From the NCBI GenBank assembly GCA_025786725.1, contig JAHLTZ010000020.1:124001-188000 (forward strand): a stretch of 64,000 bases of DNA, read 5' to 3'. Position numbers and translations under genes: made by a program. Shown one piece after another: positions 26,140-39,520 of this stretch. The notes beneath the pieces are model-generated. The model had not been told where the DNA came from. It worked only from the letters and a program-made list of their open reading frames with translations, and made no database searches. Origin of the DNA: Syncephalis fuscata S228 (taxonomy: Eukaryota > Fungi > Zoopagomycota). The first letter of the stretch is position 1, and every line of letters starts with the position of its first letter.

Positions 26140-29100
26140 TTATGGCAATAGAATACGGAACATACGTACAGGTCGTGTTGTCTCCAAATCAAGTGCATAC
26201 CAGTAACATTCTTTAGCACGATCCATACGGTTTGTATGCTGGTAAACTGTGCCTAGATAGTGCCTATATGCAATAATGATTGTGTTATTAAGCATAGTAA
26301 ATGCTGTATTAGAATAGTATATATGCAATGATCATTGACTACTTACCAAGCCTCGGCACAATTCCAGCCCATAGCACGCGTTACTTTGCGTAATAATCCT
26401 TCGGCTAGTGGGTATTTGCCCAGTAGCAAATTCGAACGACCCAGTAATACCGAACCAATAACATGTTGTGGCTCTAAGAATACAGCTTTGGCAAATGCCA
26501 CCATAGCTTCTTCTACTTTGCCTTGATCGAGTAGCAATAAACCCGTCTATAATAACAGCAACAATAATAAAAAACCATATTAATGCACTAGCTATAGCAG
26601 TTTAAAAAGATAGAAACTTACTTGACAACAAACATCAGAGCTTTCACTATCGGCACCTTCTGCTTCTTCAACCGCTTGTCGTGCATCCTCGTAGCGATTA
26701 AGACGACGAAATGCCGAGGCTGATGTTAGCCATAGTTCGGTAAGTGCCTTTAATGCGCGTTGTCTTCGTAGACGAACACGTGTAGTAACTCGCGAGGCCA
26801 ATGAGTAAGATGACCGACTGCTGGCTACTGTAGGGGCAATCCGGCTACCGCTAATACTACCACCATTGCCACCACTAACCGATCCCGTATACGAACTAAT
26901 CGGCACATCTAATATATGTTATAAAAATAAAGACAATGATTAATTAATGTCAATTGACCCAATTAATTAGTTAATTGATTAATTACCTAGACGGCCATTA
27001 CGTGAATGTGTAGGCGGTGCTGCCAATGTTGATGCACCCCGTCGTGACTGTTGTGGCGAAATAGATCGACCAGATCGACTAGCTGTATTGCCATTGCCAT
27101 TGCCATTATTTCATCACGACGTACAGTACTATTAATCTCACTGGCAGCACTGCCACCGCCATCACCGGCAAATACACGTCCATAAAGTACAAACAATGCA
27201 TTTGTATTGGCCAGTGCTTGTTCCGGTCCGTATAATGCATCTTCCAATGCCACACGGGTCATCATCAATGCTAGTACATCCTCGCCTTCAACGGCCGTGC
27301 CTTGCTGTTCACCATTGCCATCTTCTTGTACTTCCCAATCTGACGTTTCTATACCAACTTGACAGATACGCAATGCGCCTTCTAAATCTTTATTGGCCGA
27401 CATTAATAGTGCCAATAAATGCCAAGCTTTAACACGGCTAGCATCTAGTTGCAGCGATTGCTTAGCCGATACCAATGCTTGTGCCAAGTTGCGACTATCG
27501 GCATGCTGAAGTGCAAGATGATAATGTGCTTCAGCATTTTCTGGATTACGCGAAATTGCCTCAGTCAATGCGGCTATTGCTTGATCGTAAAAGCCCGGTC
27601 GTAAATCATGTTGTATACCTAAACTGCTGTTAATATTATACTTTTTAATAAACTAGGATTTGTTTGTTTTACTTACATTCTCGTGCCAATAAACCATAGC
27701 CAACACCTTGTAATTGCCATGCCATCGAATAAGTCTGAGCATTAACTACTCCTTCATTCTCACTTGATATCTTGATAGCCATTTCCGCATACTTTATACA
27801 GTCTTTTGGCTAATCAAAAGCCATTGTTAGTTATGTATGATTACTATTAGCTAATAGCTACTTACTTTAGACAAATCGTTCATGGCAAGCCGTGCACCAA
27901 TAAGTAGTGTTTCTACAACCTTTTGTGGATGTTCAGCATCTTCACGTGGCTTTGTTGACGTCATGGAAATTGTATGCTCTACACTGTTGTTGGTTTTGAC
28001 TTCTATAGTCGTGTTGGTACTCTCGCTGTTTGTATCATTTAACTTGGCTGCTGCTGCTGCCGCCGCCGCTGCTACTGCATCACTTCGTGATACAATAACG
28101 CCTCTTTTACCAGTTATTTCGGCATAAGACTCTAATGCCAGTTCTGCTTCTTCATATTCTCCCAATGCAATCAATGCTGTCACTAAATGCCGCATAATAG
28201 CCGGTGACTGAAAAGTAATTTCTGTTGTACGATAAAGCATCTATAGATACATTCATCATAATAAACTCTATTAATAACCATTTTGGCTATCTACTTCCAT
28301 CCATAACTACTTACCTCGACTAGTGAACGACGTTCAGCACGAGATGCCGCACCAATCAATTTCCAGTCTCCCATAATCTGATCGACCATCTCGAGCGGCA
28401 GTATATTAACTTGATCAGCTCGTGGAAATCGAGCACAACGATGCATTGCATCCTCATACAATTCGTGTAATTGAAGAATCTCTTGTCGATAGGTGAGTGG
28501 TACTTGAATCATAGGTGCATCAGGTCCATTCACTATCATAGGAGCGCCTTGTGTGTAGTCTTCTTCAATGTAGGCAGCTGATATTAACGGTACACTGAAT
28601 CGACATAGTACAAGTCGTTTAGCAGGACGGAATTCACGAGGCCATCCCAAACAATTATCCCGGTAATTACGAAATGTTTCAATGGCCATAGCACGTGAAC
28701 TAGTCAAACAGAATCATTATTAATTAATCAATTAGTTAGTTAGTTAATTAATTAGTAAATAGTAAATGATATTAATAGACTTACCCATAAACCATTTGTA
28801 ATAATGGGCGGCGATAAAGTGCTTCTTCTAGCCACCAAGTCAACGTATCACCACGCTCTCCCGTAAATGTTTGTACCAATTTCCAGACATTAGAATAACA
28901 TTCATAGGCCTCCATTGCTTGATTTTGTGTCTTTTCAAGTACCATACCTACAACAATATATGTAATAATAACCTTAATAAATACATGTAATAGTAGCACT
29001 GTTTTCTTCAACATACCCTTAACAATCCATGCTTGTAACGAAAGTACAAAGCGATAACCCTCAAGTGGTATTGGATCGTTTGTATCAGTAACGGGTGGCC

Positions 29101-29670
29101 ATTGAATAGTTACTAATAATTGGAGTGCCTCCTCATATTTCCCTGCGTAGCAATACACTACAGAGGAAATAACTACTGCTTCCTATGTGCAATTAGTTAA
29201 TAAACAAATTCATCAATGCAGTTTATCTATGGTTGGATAGCGAGTCTGCACGCCTACCTCACTTTCTGCTTCATTGGTCGCCTGTTCCCGTGCTAGTTGT
29301 ACATGCGTGCATAACTCGTCAAGTGTTGATTGTGGCATCTTCGATGTAATGGATATAGAGCCGGGACCATCATTCGTGTAGACGCCAACCTCGTCTAACG
29401 AATTTAAAAAGGCATAAATGCCATACTCGGCCAATACGGCATGATTAAGTGCTAGTTATTGGTTATGTTATGTTAATAAGCGCGTTACAATAAATAATAG
29501 TTTGTATGACTCCATGTCTATTCATTATACAGTAATTCATACTTACTAGCACCTGCTGGATTATGTTTTAGATAGCGACGAGCAAGCTCGGGAATCTCAC
29601 GCCATCGACCCGAGATTCGACAGGCTTCAATATCATTGGCAAGTAGTTGGGCCTTTTTAGAAAGTGTCAT
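26140..29670 (-). CDS. YPP1: TPR scaffold of the PI4-kinase complex, Ypp1/TTC7-like (multi-exon)
   Basis: N-terminal IEACRISGRWREIPELARRYLKHNP, LYRTTEITFQSPAIMRHL, TPRs (YHLALQHA...AWHLLALLMSA; LWLTSASAFRRL), C-terminal ALDLETTRPVRMF. Confidence 0.85.
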
Positions 29671-30249
29671 AATATCAAAGCTTATATCGATAGATGACCA
29701 ATTATTCCCTTTAGGAATATTATACTCGTCTGCCAAGTGCAAGTAGAGTAGAGGTATTCACGTACTTTTGGATACAAAGCAGTATTGAGATATAAAACAG
29801 CTGCAAGATGAACAGAAATAGATGCGAATGTAAATGGGCGTGTGTGTGGTGTGTTTGTGTTTGTGGTCAAGTGGTAATAACAGTAACGTAAATGACAAGA
29901 TTAATACACTGTAGTATCGATAATAACAAAAATAACAACAAATAGTCATCCTTTGTTATATTTATCTAGACAGTCTATTCATCCATTCATCGTTGTACTT
30001 GTCAGTTGATCAGTCATCTGTCAATCTACCATTACACAGGACTCATTGACTTAAATGTCAGGTCATATTATTATTGGAGATCACCCTATGACGGTCACAC
30101 GACCCATCTCAAAAAGAAAAGAATAAACAATTGACAATCAACAGTATTTGTATATTAGCGTTGTTAGTGTTAATGTTATTGTTATTCATATCGTTAGTTG
30201 TATTATCATTTTATTGATTATGTATAAAGCAATTGTTTAAAACAGATGA

Positions 30250-31676
<1,427 letters not shown>

Positions 31677-32056
31677 TTAATGACAACTATCGAGGTAATA
31701 TTATTGGCAGTGAAACATTTGATTCATCTGCTTACACTAGCATGGTAACAGTATCTATTGTTACACACACAATAAAGATAAAGGAAGGGCATAAAATGAT
31801 TTGAATAAATATTAATCACTAATTACCATACTATCACTATTATAATAAACAAATAAATATATAGTAGTAGTTGTGTTAAATCATTGTAATTCACTGTTAC
31901 ACTATCATTAATATTCGTAATATGAATTGTTGTTGTATTAAAGTAGGCTAGTTGATTAAAGATATGGAGAAAGAAACAAATGACCAGGTCAATCGTGTGC
32001 ACATATGTAATTGCTGTGTAATAAAGATAAACATTAGAAACAGTCATCCATATTGG

Positions 32057-33415
32057 TCAGTAATCTCCTTCTTCGCCGCCTTCGTGATCGGAATCGGGCA
32101 TTGTATCCATACCAACTTCCTCGTAATCTTTCTCTAAAGCGGCCAGATCTTCACGGGCCTCGCTAAATTCACCTTCTTCCATACCTTCACCGACATACCA
32201 GTGAACAAAGGCCCGCTTGCTATACATAAGATCAAACTTATGATTAATACGCGACCAAGCATCAACAATGGCCGTCGTATTCGCCAACAATGTGACTGAG
32301 CGATGAGCTGGCGCCAGATCACCATTGGGCACATGAGTAGGTGGACGTGGATTAATGCCGACCTTAAAGCCAGTTGGGCACCAATCGACAAACTGTACTG
32401 TACGTTGCACACGCATTTTATCGACGGCATCGGTCGTCTCTTTGGTAAGAATATCACCGCGGAATAGTAAACAGCAGGCCATATACTTATGGGCCGCTGC
32501 ATTACACTTGACCATTTGACATCCAGACTCAAAGCAGGATCGGCATAAATCATTGACCGTCAACGTTTCATGGCCATGTTTATCGTCACCTGTAAGTGGT
32601 GCATATGATACAAGTGGGAAATGAATACGCGGATACGGCACCAGATTTGTTTGGAACTCTTGAAGATCAACATTTAACGAACCAGCAAAGCGGACAGAAG
32701 CAGTGATCGATGAAACTACTTGACAAATCAATCGATTTAGATTTTCATAAGAGGGTCGTTCAATAGAAAGACGGGTCTTGCATATGTCGGTAATGGCTTC
32801 ATTATCGACAATAAAGGTACAGTCAACGTGTTCAAGCATAGTATGCGTGGTAAGCACTGCGTTATATGGTTCGACCACTGAGGTTGAGATTTGTGGTGCT
32901 GGATAAATAGCAAATTCAAGCTTGGTCTTTTTGCCATATTCATTTGCTAGTCGTTCCATAAGCAATGAACCAAAGCCAGAACCTGTACCACCACCGAACG
33001 AATGGAACATCAAAAAGCCTTGAAGTCCTTCACAATGATCGGCAAGTTTACGGACACGGTCCACAACACTATCAAGTATATCCTTGCCAATGGTATAGTG
33101 GCCGCGCGCATAGTTATTGGCTGCATCTTCTTTGCCGCTAATAAGCTGTTCCGGATTATATAATCCACGGTACGGGCCTTGACGTACTTCATCAATGACA
33201 TTAGGCTCCAGATCAATGAATACAGTGCGTGGCACATAGCGTTGATTGTTCATCTCCGCAAAGAACGACTGAGACGATGACAACGTCTCTGCATCGATGC
33301 CTTCCTTTGGATGGCCATTGGGCTGAATATCGTGTTCCAAGCAGTACAGTTCCCAGCAAGCGTTGCCAACTTGTACACCGGCTTGACCAACATGAACAGA
33401 AATACACTCACGCAT
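32057..33415 (-). CDS. Divergent intronless alpha-tubulin B
   Basis: Intact 452-aa ORF with MREC start, GGGTGSG, E254 and C-terminal EEGDY. Confidence 0.96.
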   Translation of the reverse strand: MRECISVHVGQAGVQVGNACWELYCLEHDIQPNGHPKEGIDAETLSSSQSFFAEMNNQRYVPRTVFIDLEPNVIDEVRQGPYRGLYNPEQLISGKEDAANNYARGHYTIGKDILDSVVDRVRKLADHCEGLQGFLMFHSFGGGTGSGFGSLLMERLANEYGKKTKLEFAIYPAPQISTSVVEPYNAVLTTHTMLEHVDCTFIVDNEAITDICKTRLSIERPSYENLNRLICQVVSSITASVRFAGSLNVDLQEFQTNLVPYPRIHFPLVSYAPLTGDDKHGHETLTVNDLCRSCFESGCQMVKCNAAAHKYMACCLLFRGDILTKETTDAVDKMRVQRTVQFVDWCPTGFKVGINPRPPTHVPNGDLAPAHRSVTLLANTTAIVDAWSRINHKFDLMYSKRAFVHWYVGEGMEEGEFSEAREDLAALEKDYEEVGMDTMPDSDHEGGEEGDY

Positions 33416-34635
33416 AATGATGTTAATGCTATTGGCGATGATGCTTGGTTATTTTAAATTAAACAGTGGACGGAGAAAGACTATTTTATAGTGGTGGAGT
33501 TGTTTTATCGTAGTCTGAATAGATACTGTCGCTAAACCACGCCTAGTCAAATGGTTCACGTTGCTATCGATAAGCGTGACGCAATAGTCGCGTATCTCTT
33601 ACACCAAGCGTTGACGATAGCTAATCAATGAGATAAATAACTAAGCAAATAAATGAAAGGCTACTATGGCTATGAATATAGTTGAGCGGGAAATAGATTA
33701 ATTTGTGTCTACCGACCAAGCAAACTACTAATAGATAGATAAAAAGATACGAGTAGAGTAAGGAAGTAGATGAGGAAGGAAGTAATGTGCAGCCAAGGTC
33801 GTAGTAGATAAAAAAGGCCAGCACTAGCACGATTGGCAGTGCTATGACAATAAGGAAGACAGACAGACAGACGGAAAAAAGCGGTCATCTTCCGGTTTCT
33901 TCGCTTCAGCCTGGTGAGTTCAATACGCGTGCACAGATAACTATCACAGAGGAAGGCGCTGTATCCCAATGCAACCAACTGCGGGAGATAAGCACATGGT
34001 GATGCGGTTATTTGTTTGTACATATGTATGTGTGGAACCAACAGGTTACGTGACTAGTTTGTCGACTTGGACCGTTTATAACTCGTTAATCAATATATCT
34101 TGCATTCTATTTTGTATTATTACAATTAGATTAATTCATATTGTATTATTAAGATCTACTTATTATTTTTATTGGCTACACGTTATTGCATTTTGATCCA
34201 ATTCTATTAGATATTAAATGATTACAATTGCTAACATTTGTGCAATTGAACTACGTATCTGTACTAATAAAAAAGAGACTGTATCGTGAGTGGCACTAGT
34301 GATTAAAATACGCATTGTTAATATCATTCAACTGAAATATATATTATTTAGCCAGTGATTATTAAATATCAAACATTTGTTGTTAAATTAATATTAAAAT
34401 ATTTTACTATTAATGATGTATGTTACAGTTTAATCAAACAATATTTTATAGTAGAAAGCATTGGATTTAGCTAGTTCAATAAGTGGTACTCATTAATTTA
34501 AATTACATATTCCGCTATATAATAAAAACTAATAGTCATTTTACAAAGCAATTGTTTGTAATAGTTCAAATACATGTTTATTCAGGACATGTTACAAACA
34601 CGATATTCGGCATTATTACCACATGTTCCCATTTG

Positions 34636-35067
34636 TTATCCAACAAAGTTATGATTAGCGCTATTAACATAGTTGTTGTCGGCACAAACGTTGTTTGCAG
34701 TGGTGTAGGCATTCACATCCGAGTTGGCAATGTGATCAGCCTCATTTTGATGGCTATTGAATGCATTGGTAAATGTATTCGCATTAAGCGCATTGTTATT
34801 TGCATTAAAGTTATTGCTATTTGATGAAAACCAAGGAAAGTAGCCACAATTGCCGTAGTCACAGTTGCCGTAGTCACAGTTGCCATAGCCGCCGTAGCAA
34901 TCATTATAGCAATATGGATTCCATGGAGTATATGAGCCGGGATAACCGTCAATGCAGAATGATCTACGCTCAACTGGAGCTATTGGTTGGGCAGCTACAT
35001 GCTCATGGTCTAGAGCAATAATAGCAACAACGGCAGCAGTTGAAATAGCTGAGCGGAGAGTAAGCAT
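34636..35067 (-). CDS. Small secreted Kex2-type precursor with Gly/Tyr/Cys repeats and Asn-rich C-terminus
   Basis: Signal peptide, ERR site, (YGNCD) repeats, then FPWFSSNSNNFNANNNALNANTFTNAFNS...; single exon. Confidence 0.8.
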   Translation of the reverse strand: MLTLRSAISTAAVVAIIALDHEHVAAQPIAPVERRSFCIDGYPGSYTPWNPYCYNDCYGGYGNCDYGNCDYGNCGYFPWFSSNSNNFNANNNALNANTFTNAFNSHQNEADHIANSDVNAYTTANNVCADNNYVNSANHNFVG

Positions 35068-35376
35068 CTTGTAATTGGATAGTCGGTTGATATCAATTGA
35101 ATGAGCAGGTTAGTATCTATTGCGGATGTAACAGTTCTATAGTGTAGTGAGTAGAGTCAAAGTAGGTAATCAAGCTTGAATGGTTGTTGTGATGATGAAC
35201 TAACTAGTCGGTAGCAATATTTGTTGCACATTATATACTAGTGGATTAAATAATGACATGGTGGTGTCAATCATAATAAATACTAACTGTCATTAAGATT
35301 AAGAGATGATGCTGTTAACCATCATGTAATAAACAGTTATGTAATTGTACTGCATCGCTCTGTATCATTGCTAAAT

Positions 35377-35471
35377 ATATGCAGGCATTGACACTTTATT
35401 TTAGGCAATCAACGACACCAGTCAAATGCAATGAACTGTTTGTCTAAAATAAAGTGTCAATGTCTGCATAT
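35377..35471. repeat. 32-bp inverted repeat (fold-back) at the left junction of the duplicated block
   Basis: atatgcaggcattgacactttattttaggcaa (35377-35408) versus ttgtctaaaataaagtgtcaatgtctgcatat (35440-35471), 2 mismatches. Confidence 0.85.
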
Positions 35472-36081
35472 TTAAATGACAATTTGCTAAATAAATGCAC
35501 TAATACTATTCATTGCTACTATATTAGATATAAATGAAGTTGGAGATAAATATTATTTATTTATTTAGAGATTAATCAGAGCAAACAGAAGATGAATCAT
35601 GTACTACTGTAATGATGCGTATCAATATTTCTATAATTAAAAGGATACAATCAACTTATGCACGGTAGTAGGTAGCTGTGAAGAAGTAAAGGTTTTATAT
35701 AGTAATGCTACGTTGCATTGGTGTTCTAAGCTGTTTGAGATGCATGCAAGTATTGAGATTAGGATTATCGGCGAAAGTAACAATAAAGGCATAAATGTGC
35801 ATCGTTATTGTTTCGGTAGAACTAATAGATTAATCAGCTTTGCATTGTTGAGCAGTGTAGAAACATAGAAAAAATAATCAATATATTTTATCAAGCGCTT
35901 AATACTTCTCCTGATGTTACTTTTTTCCTATCTGCAAAGCTATTATATATATTGGAAATAATACATAGTCGTTTAATAAATATCAACCCTTTTACTACTT
36001 GATTTCGTTTTCAGCAATAGTCATCATTATATTCGTCCATATTGTTTATTTATTTGTTTGTGTAGGCAAATCACTATTAAC

Positions 36082-36175
36082 ATGAAACTTTCTATTGCTG
36101 TTGTCTGCACCATCCTTGTGACTTTTGTGGCCGATACAGCCATGGTGGATGCTAAATCAGCTATGATTCGTCGTA
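36082..36175 (+). CDS. Exon 1 of small secreted pre-pro-peptide gene (copy 2)
   Basis: MKLSIAVVCTILVTFVADTAMVDAKSAMIRR + GTATGT donor; upstream 5'UTR acceptor; putative microexon ATC at 36248-36250. Confidence 0.55.
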
Positions 36176-36792
36176 GTATGTTGTAATTGCACCAGTTTAT
36201 TATTTAACTAATTAAATACTGTTTTTATTACCAAACTAACAATTTAGATCGTAAGTAATTTCATGTAACAATTGATCATACGCTGCTTATACATTATTTT
36301 CGCATGTATTTAATAATTTGTATTAATTGTTGGTAAGTGGCATTGTATACTGCCTGGTTATATATTAATATTATTATCTATGTCATATTTACTTATAAAC
36401 ATAGAATAGGCGATACTTCCAGGGCATTTGCATTGGCGGCTTAATTGAACTCTTATTCCAACATACTTTGGATATATATTTGGCAAAAACAAGACCATTC
36501 AACAACTGTTGTTTAGCCCATTTATACACCAAGTTTCAGCCAATGTTCCAATTTACTCGCCTTTTACTCAATGGCAGCATCATATTATAACATTCTTGCA
36601 ATTGATGGTGTTTACTCAGCTATGCAATATTGTAGTAGTAAAATCATGATTCCGCCTTAACTCACTTTGATCTAGTTATTGTAATTATACTCGTGTTTTA
36701 TTTATATTCAATGATTAGTAAACATTAGCCGAATATACACATTAACAAAATATTTATGCAACCATATTTTTGTATTAATAATCAATATAGAT

Positions 36793-37046
36793 ATACACGT
36801 GTCAATGATCAACTTGGCCGATGGCTTGACCAAGCAATTGATGCCGAAGCATGGGCTGATGACCATCATCAGCAGTCGTCATCGGCTTCATCAGCATCGT
36901 CGATTTCTTCGATATCGTCTTGCGATGAACGTAAAAAAGAACGACGTGCACTAAAAGAACAGCGTAGACAAGAGAAGAAGGCACAGAGAGCGATACGAAA
37001 GGCCGAGAAGCTTGAACGTAAAGGCAAGAAGGCAATGGATTACTAG
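36793..37046 (+). pseudogene. Captured 3' fragment of the TBCC-domain paralog
   Basis: Encodes NDQLGRWLDQ...KKAMDY*, the same as 7968-8208, without the 5' part of the gene. Confidence 0.85.
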
Positions 37047-37277
37047 CAATAGCGTGCCAGTCTTCTAGTAACCAACCTGGCCTAAACTGTATAAACTTAT
37101 CAGTGGTTTATTTAGCTAGCTGTCTTATTTATGTTATGACTATTACATTAATATTAAACAATTTAATTAACACCAAATAATATGGTGTTAGATGACTACA
37201 GTAGTAATATTCATACATTTGAACTAGACACTCGTCATATTGAAGATGGTGACATGTGGTGAGAAGTATCGACGATT

Positions 37278-37990
37278 GAGTCATTTAATTATCTATTGTG
37301 ATTTGATGGCCAAATAACTATACTAATAGCATTGTTTTATTGAACTGATCATTCGTTCTATTGAACATGGAACTGAGTGGTGAGTGACGTCAAAGTTTAA
37401 AATATTTATTACTGTAGATTTATGATCCAGTATACATATATCTCATTCACTTATATAATTAATAGTGTATGTCTATACTGCTATATATCATTTCATGATA
37501 TAATGAATAAATTCTATTGTTTATATGTTCAATTACATATAGCTTGCTAAATGAATGAAGTAAATGGGTTGAAATTTATTAATAATCAAGCTAGAACAAA
37601 AATAAAAACAGTTTTGGATAGAGCAAGGCTATACGAGTATAGAACGATATATAAAACGATAAATGTACGGTGAAAAGCATATAAAATGACGTTAAAGTTA
37701 TAGCGTGTATAGCGTAATGAGAGGAATGAGGAAAGTATATAGGCGCATATAAACAATAGAATGTGTCTAGTATGGAATAGAATAGTATATAATAGTGTGG
37801 AATAGAATGGGAATGATATATGTAAATAGAGGATATATGTGTACTGAATAGATGTATATTGGATAATAAATCTACAATGATGAGTATTTGATAATTGATG
37901 TCACTCACCACCCATCATTATGTTCAATAAAACAAATGTCTAGTTCAATTGCGCGAATATTATTGAATGAGCATTTGATTGCCAATATTA
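37278..37990. mobile_element. MITE-like element (copy carried within the duplication)
   Basis: Near-identical to 8440-9145. Confidence 0.65.
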
Positions 37991-38339
37991 CTGATATCAC
38001 ATTATTATTTTACATGACTGGAACTATAACACACTTGCTTTACCTTTCTGTTGTCTAAATCATTTCACGCTTTGTTCTGTTATCGCTCTTGCAGCCATTT
38101 TAACATATAACATAGCTGAAGAAATAACATTTGGTTTACCAATGTTTTATTTAGCTTCTGCTTTTAATCATGTTTAATAAAATAAAAGTATCGTTTTTCA
38201 TTATAAATAAACTCCATAACAATAATTATACACTCATTAGATTTATACAAGTTTAATACAACAAACGCGTAGTTGATCCTATTTGTGTAGGACCGATCCA
38301 CACGACTTTATTCACTGTTAATAACATTTGAATAGACAA

Positions 38340-39318
38340 TTAGATCTTGGAGAAGTTCTCAATGTCAATGGACTGGACATAGTCCTCGAGTTCGCGGATT
38401 TGCTCCTCAAGATCGTCGGTCGAAACCTTGGCATCTTCAACAACGCAAGCAATGCGAAGCTTGTTGATACCGTAGCCAACTGGCACGAGCTTGGAAGTAC
38501 CCCAGACGAGACCGTCCATGGCGATGGCACGTACACCAGCCTCCATGGCCTTAAGGTCGGTTTCATCATCCCATGGCTTGACGTCGAAGGTGATCATCGA
38601 CTTGGCAATGACAACTGGCTTCTTCGATTTCTTTGCGTGGTACTCGGCCAAACGCTGCTCCTTGAGGCGTTCAGCTTCCTCATCGGCCTCTTCGTCGGAA
38701 GCGAAAAGATCAATGTCATCATCATCTTCTGCTTCAGCCTTGACGAAGGAGAAGGATGAAAGCTCCTTGGCCTCACCAGGGAGAGCACCCTGGTCTTGGG
38801 CGGCAATGTGGCGGTACCAACGGGCAGCATTAGGGAAGCTAGCAGCTGGTTCCTTGCCGAGGGCCTTGAAGACAACAACATCGGCCTGAGAGGCAGTGAA
38901 GCTAGATAGAAGTAAACAACGTAAAAAATAAACGTTAGTAGTTGTTGCTAAGACTCAACACACTGGTAGGTGTGTATGCGTGTATTTGTTTGCATATCAT
39001 GTTCATAGTATGCGGCATCTTTATGGCAACACTTGTCTATTTCATAAGTAGAAAGAGACACGGGTCAGTGATTTGGATATTCACTTCCTGTACCGGGGTC
39101 TTAAGCCGGCTCAGCAACACGGACCAAATATAAAATCATCATTCCCAGTTGGTTGGCTTAGCTGGTTGATCAGCAATAGCTGTTGTCAACGAACCAGAGC
39201 CAACATGCCAGCATACGTCATGCAGGTGGGCACAGCCAACAAATACTTACCCCTCGATGTAGGACTTGTCCTCGAGGAACTCGTTCAAAGCCTTCAATGT
39301 AGCGTCGTTGAAAGACAT
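38340..39318 (-). CDS. EFB1: Translation elongation factor 1-beta (exons 39251-39318, 38340-38901)
   Basis: [13 protein letters not shown]|[11 protein letters not shown]...[48 protein letters not shown]; strong codon bias. Confidence 0.97.
39062..39146 (-). ncRNA. snR18: Box C/D snoRNA U18/snR18 in the EF1-beta intron
   Basis: GGG-aATGATGA (C box), guide TTGGTCCGTGTT followed by gCTGA (D'), terminal CTGA-CCC (D). The guide is complementary to LSU rRNA AACACGGACCAA. Yeast EFB1 intron is the known snR18 host. Confidence 0.9.
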
Positions 39319-39520
39319 ACTGATGGGAGAGCTGGACAAGATCTGTGCAAAAAACGTATGGCAGAAAGGACAAGAAGAGAAGCGACGGGTGAGGTCAGAG
39401 TCAAAGTCGATGCCACTTTATTTTAGTGATAAAAATGAAAAATGACGGAGCAAAGTCGATTTTCCCATCAATCTGACTTGGTCCAGCTCTATTGTACAGA
39501 GGAGCAGGGGTGCTACCCTT

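Larger units (their letters stand above)
35440..38185 (+). repeat. Composite duplicated block: 35440-36716 = 62046-63313; 36793-38185 = 7955-9342; 36065-37113 = reverse complement of 2125-3151
   Basis: Direct sequence comparison by eye; scattered substitutions and indels between copies. Confidence 0.9.

Noticed and set aside
34483-34824. Duplicated ORFs 34483-34824 and 49751-50080 as a gene pair
   Set aside because: Antisense to the Asn-rich gene and its 3' flank; the similarity only reflects the recent DNA duplication.
35440-38185. Helitron interpretation of the fragment-capturing block
   Set aside because: No 5' TC, 3' CTRR with subterminal GC hairpin, or RepHel remnant found at the copy ends.
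38340-38901. GC-rich EFB1 exon as horizontal transfer or contamination
   Set aside because: Explained by codon bias of a highly expressed gene; it has the conserved fungal snoRNA-hosting intron.
38328-39426. Plus-strand ORFs 38328-38759, 38491-38889 and 39073-39426
   Set aside because: Antisense to the codon-biased EFB1 gene and its snoRNA intron.
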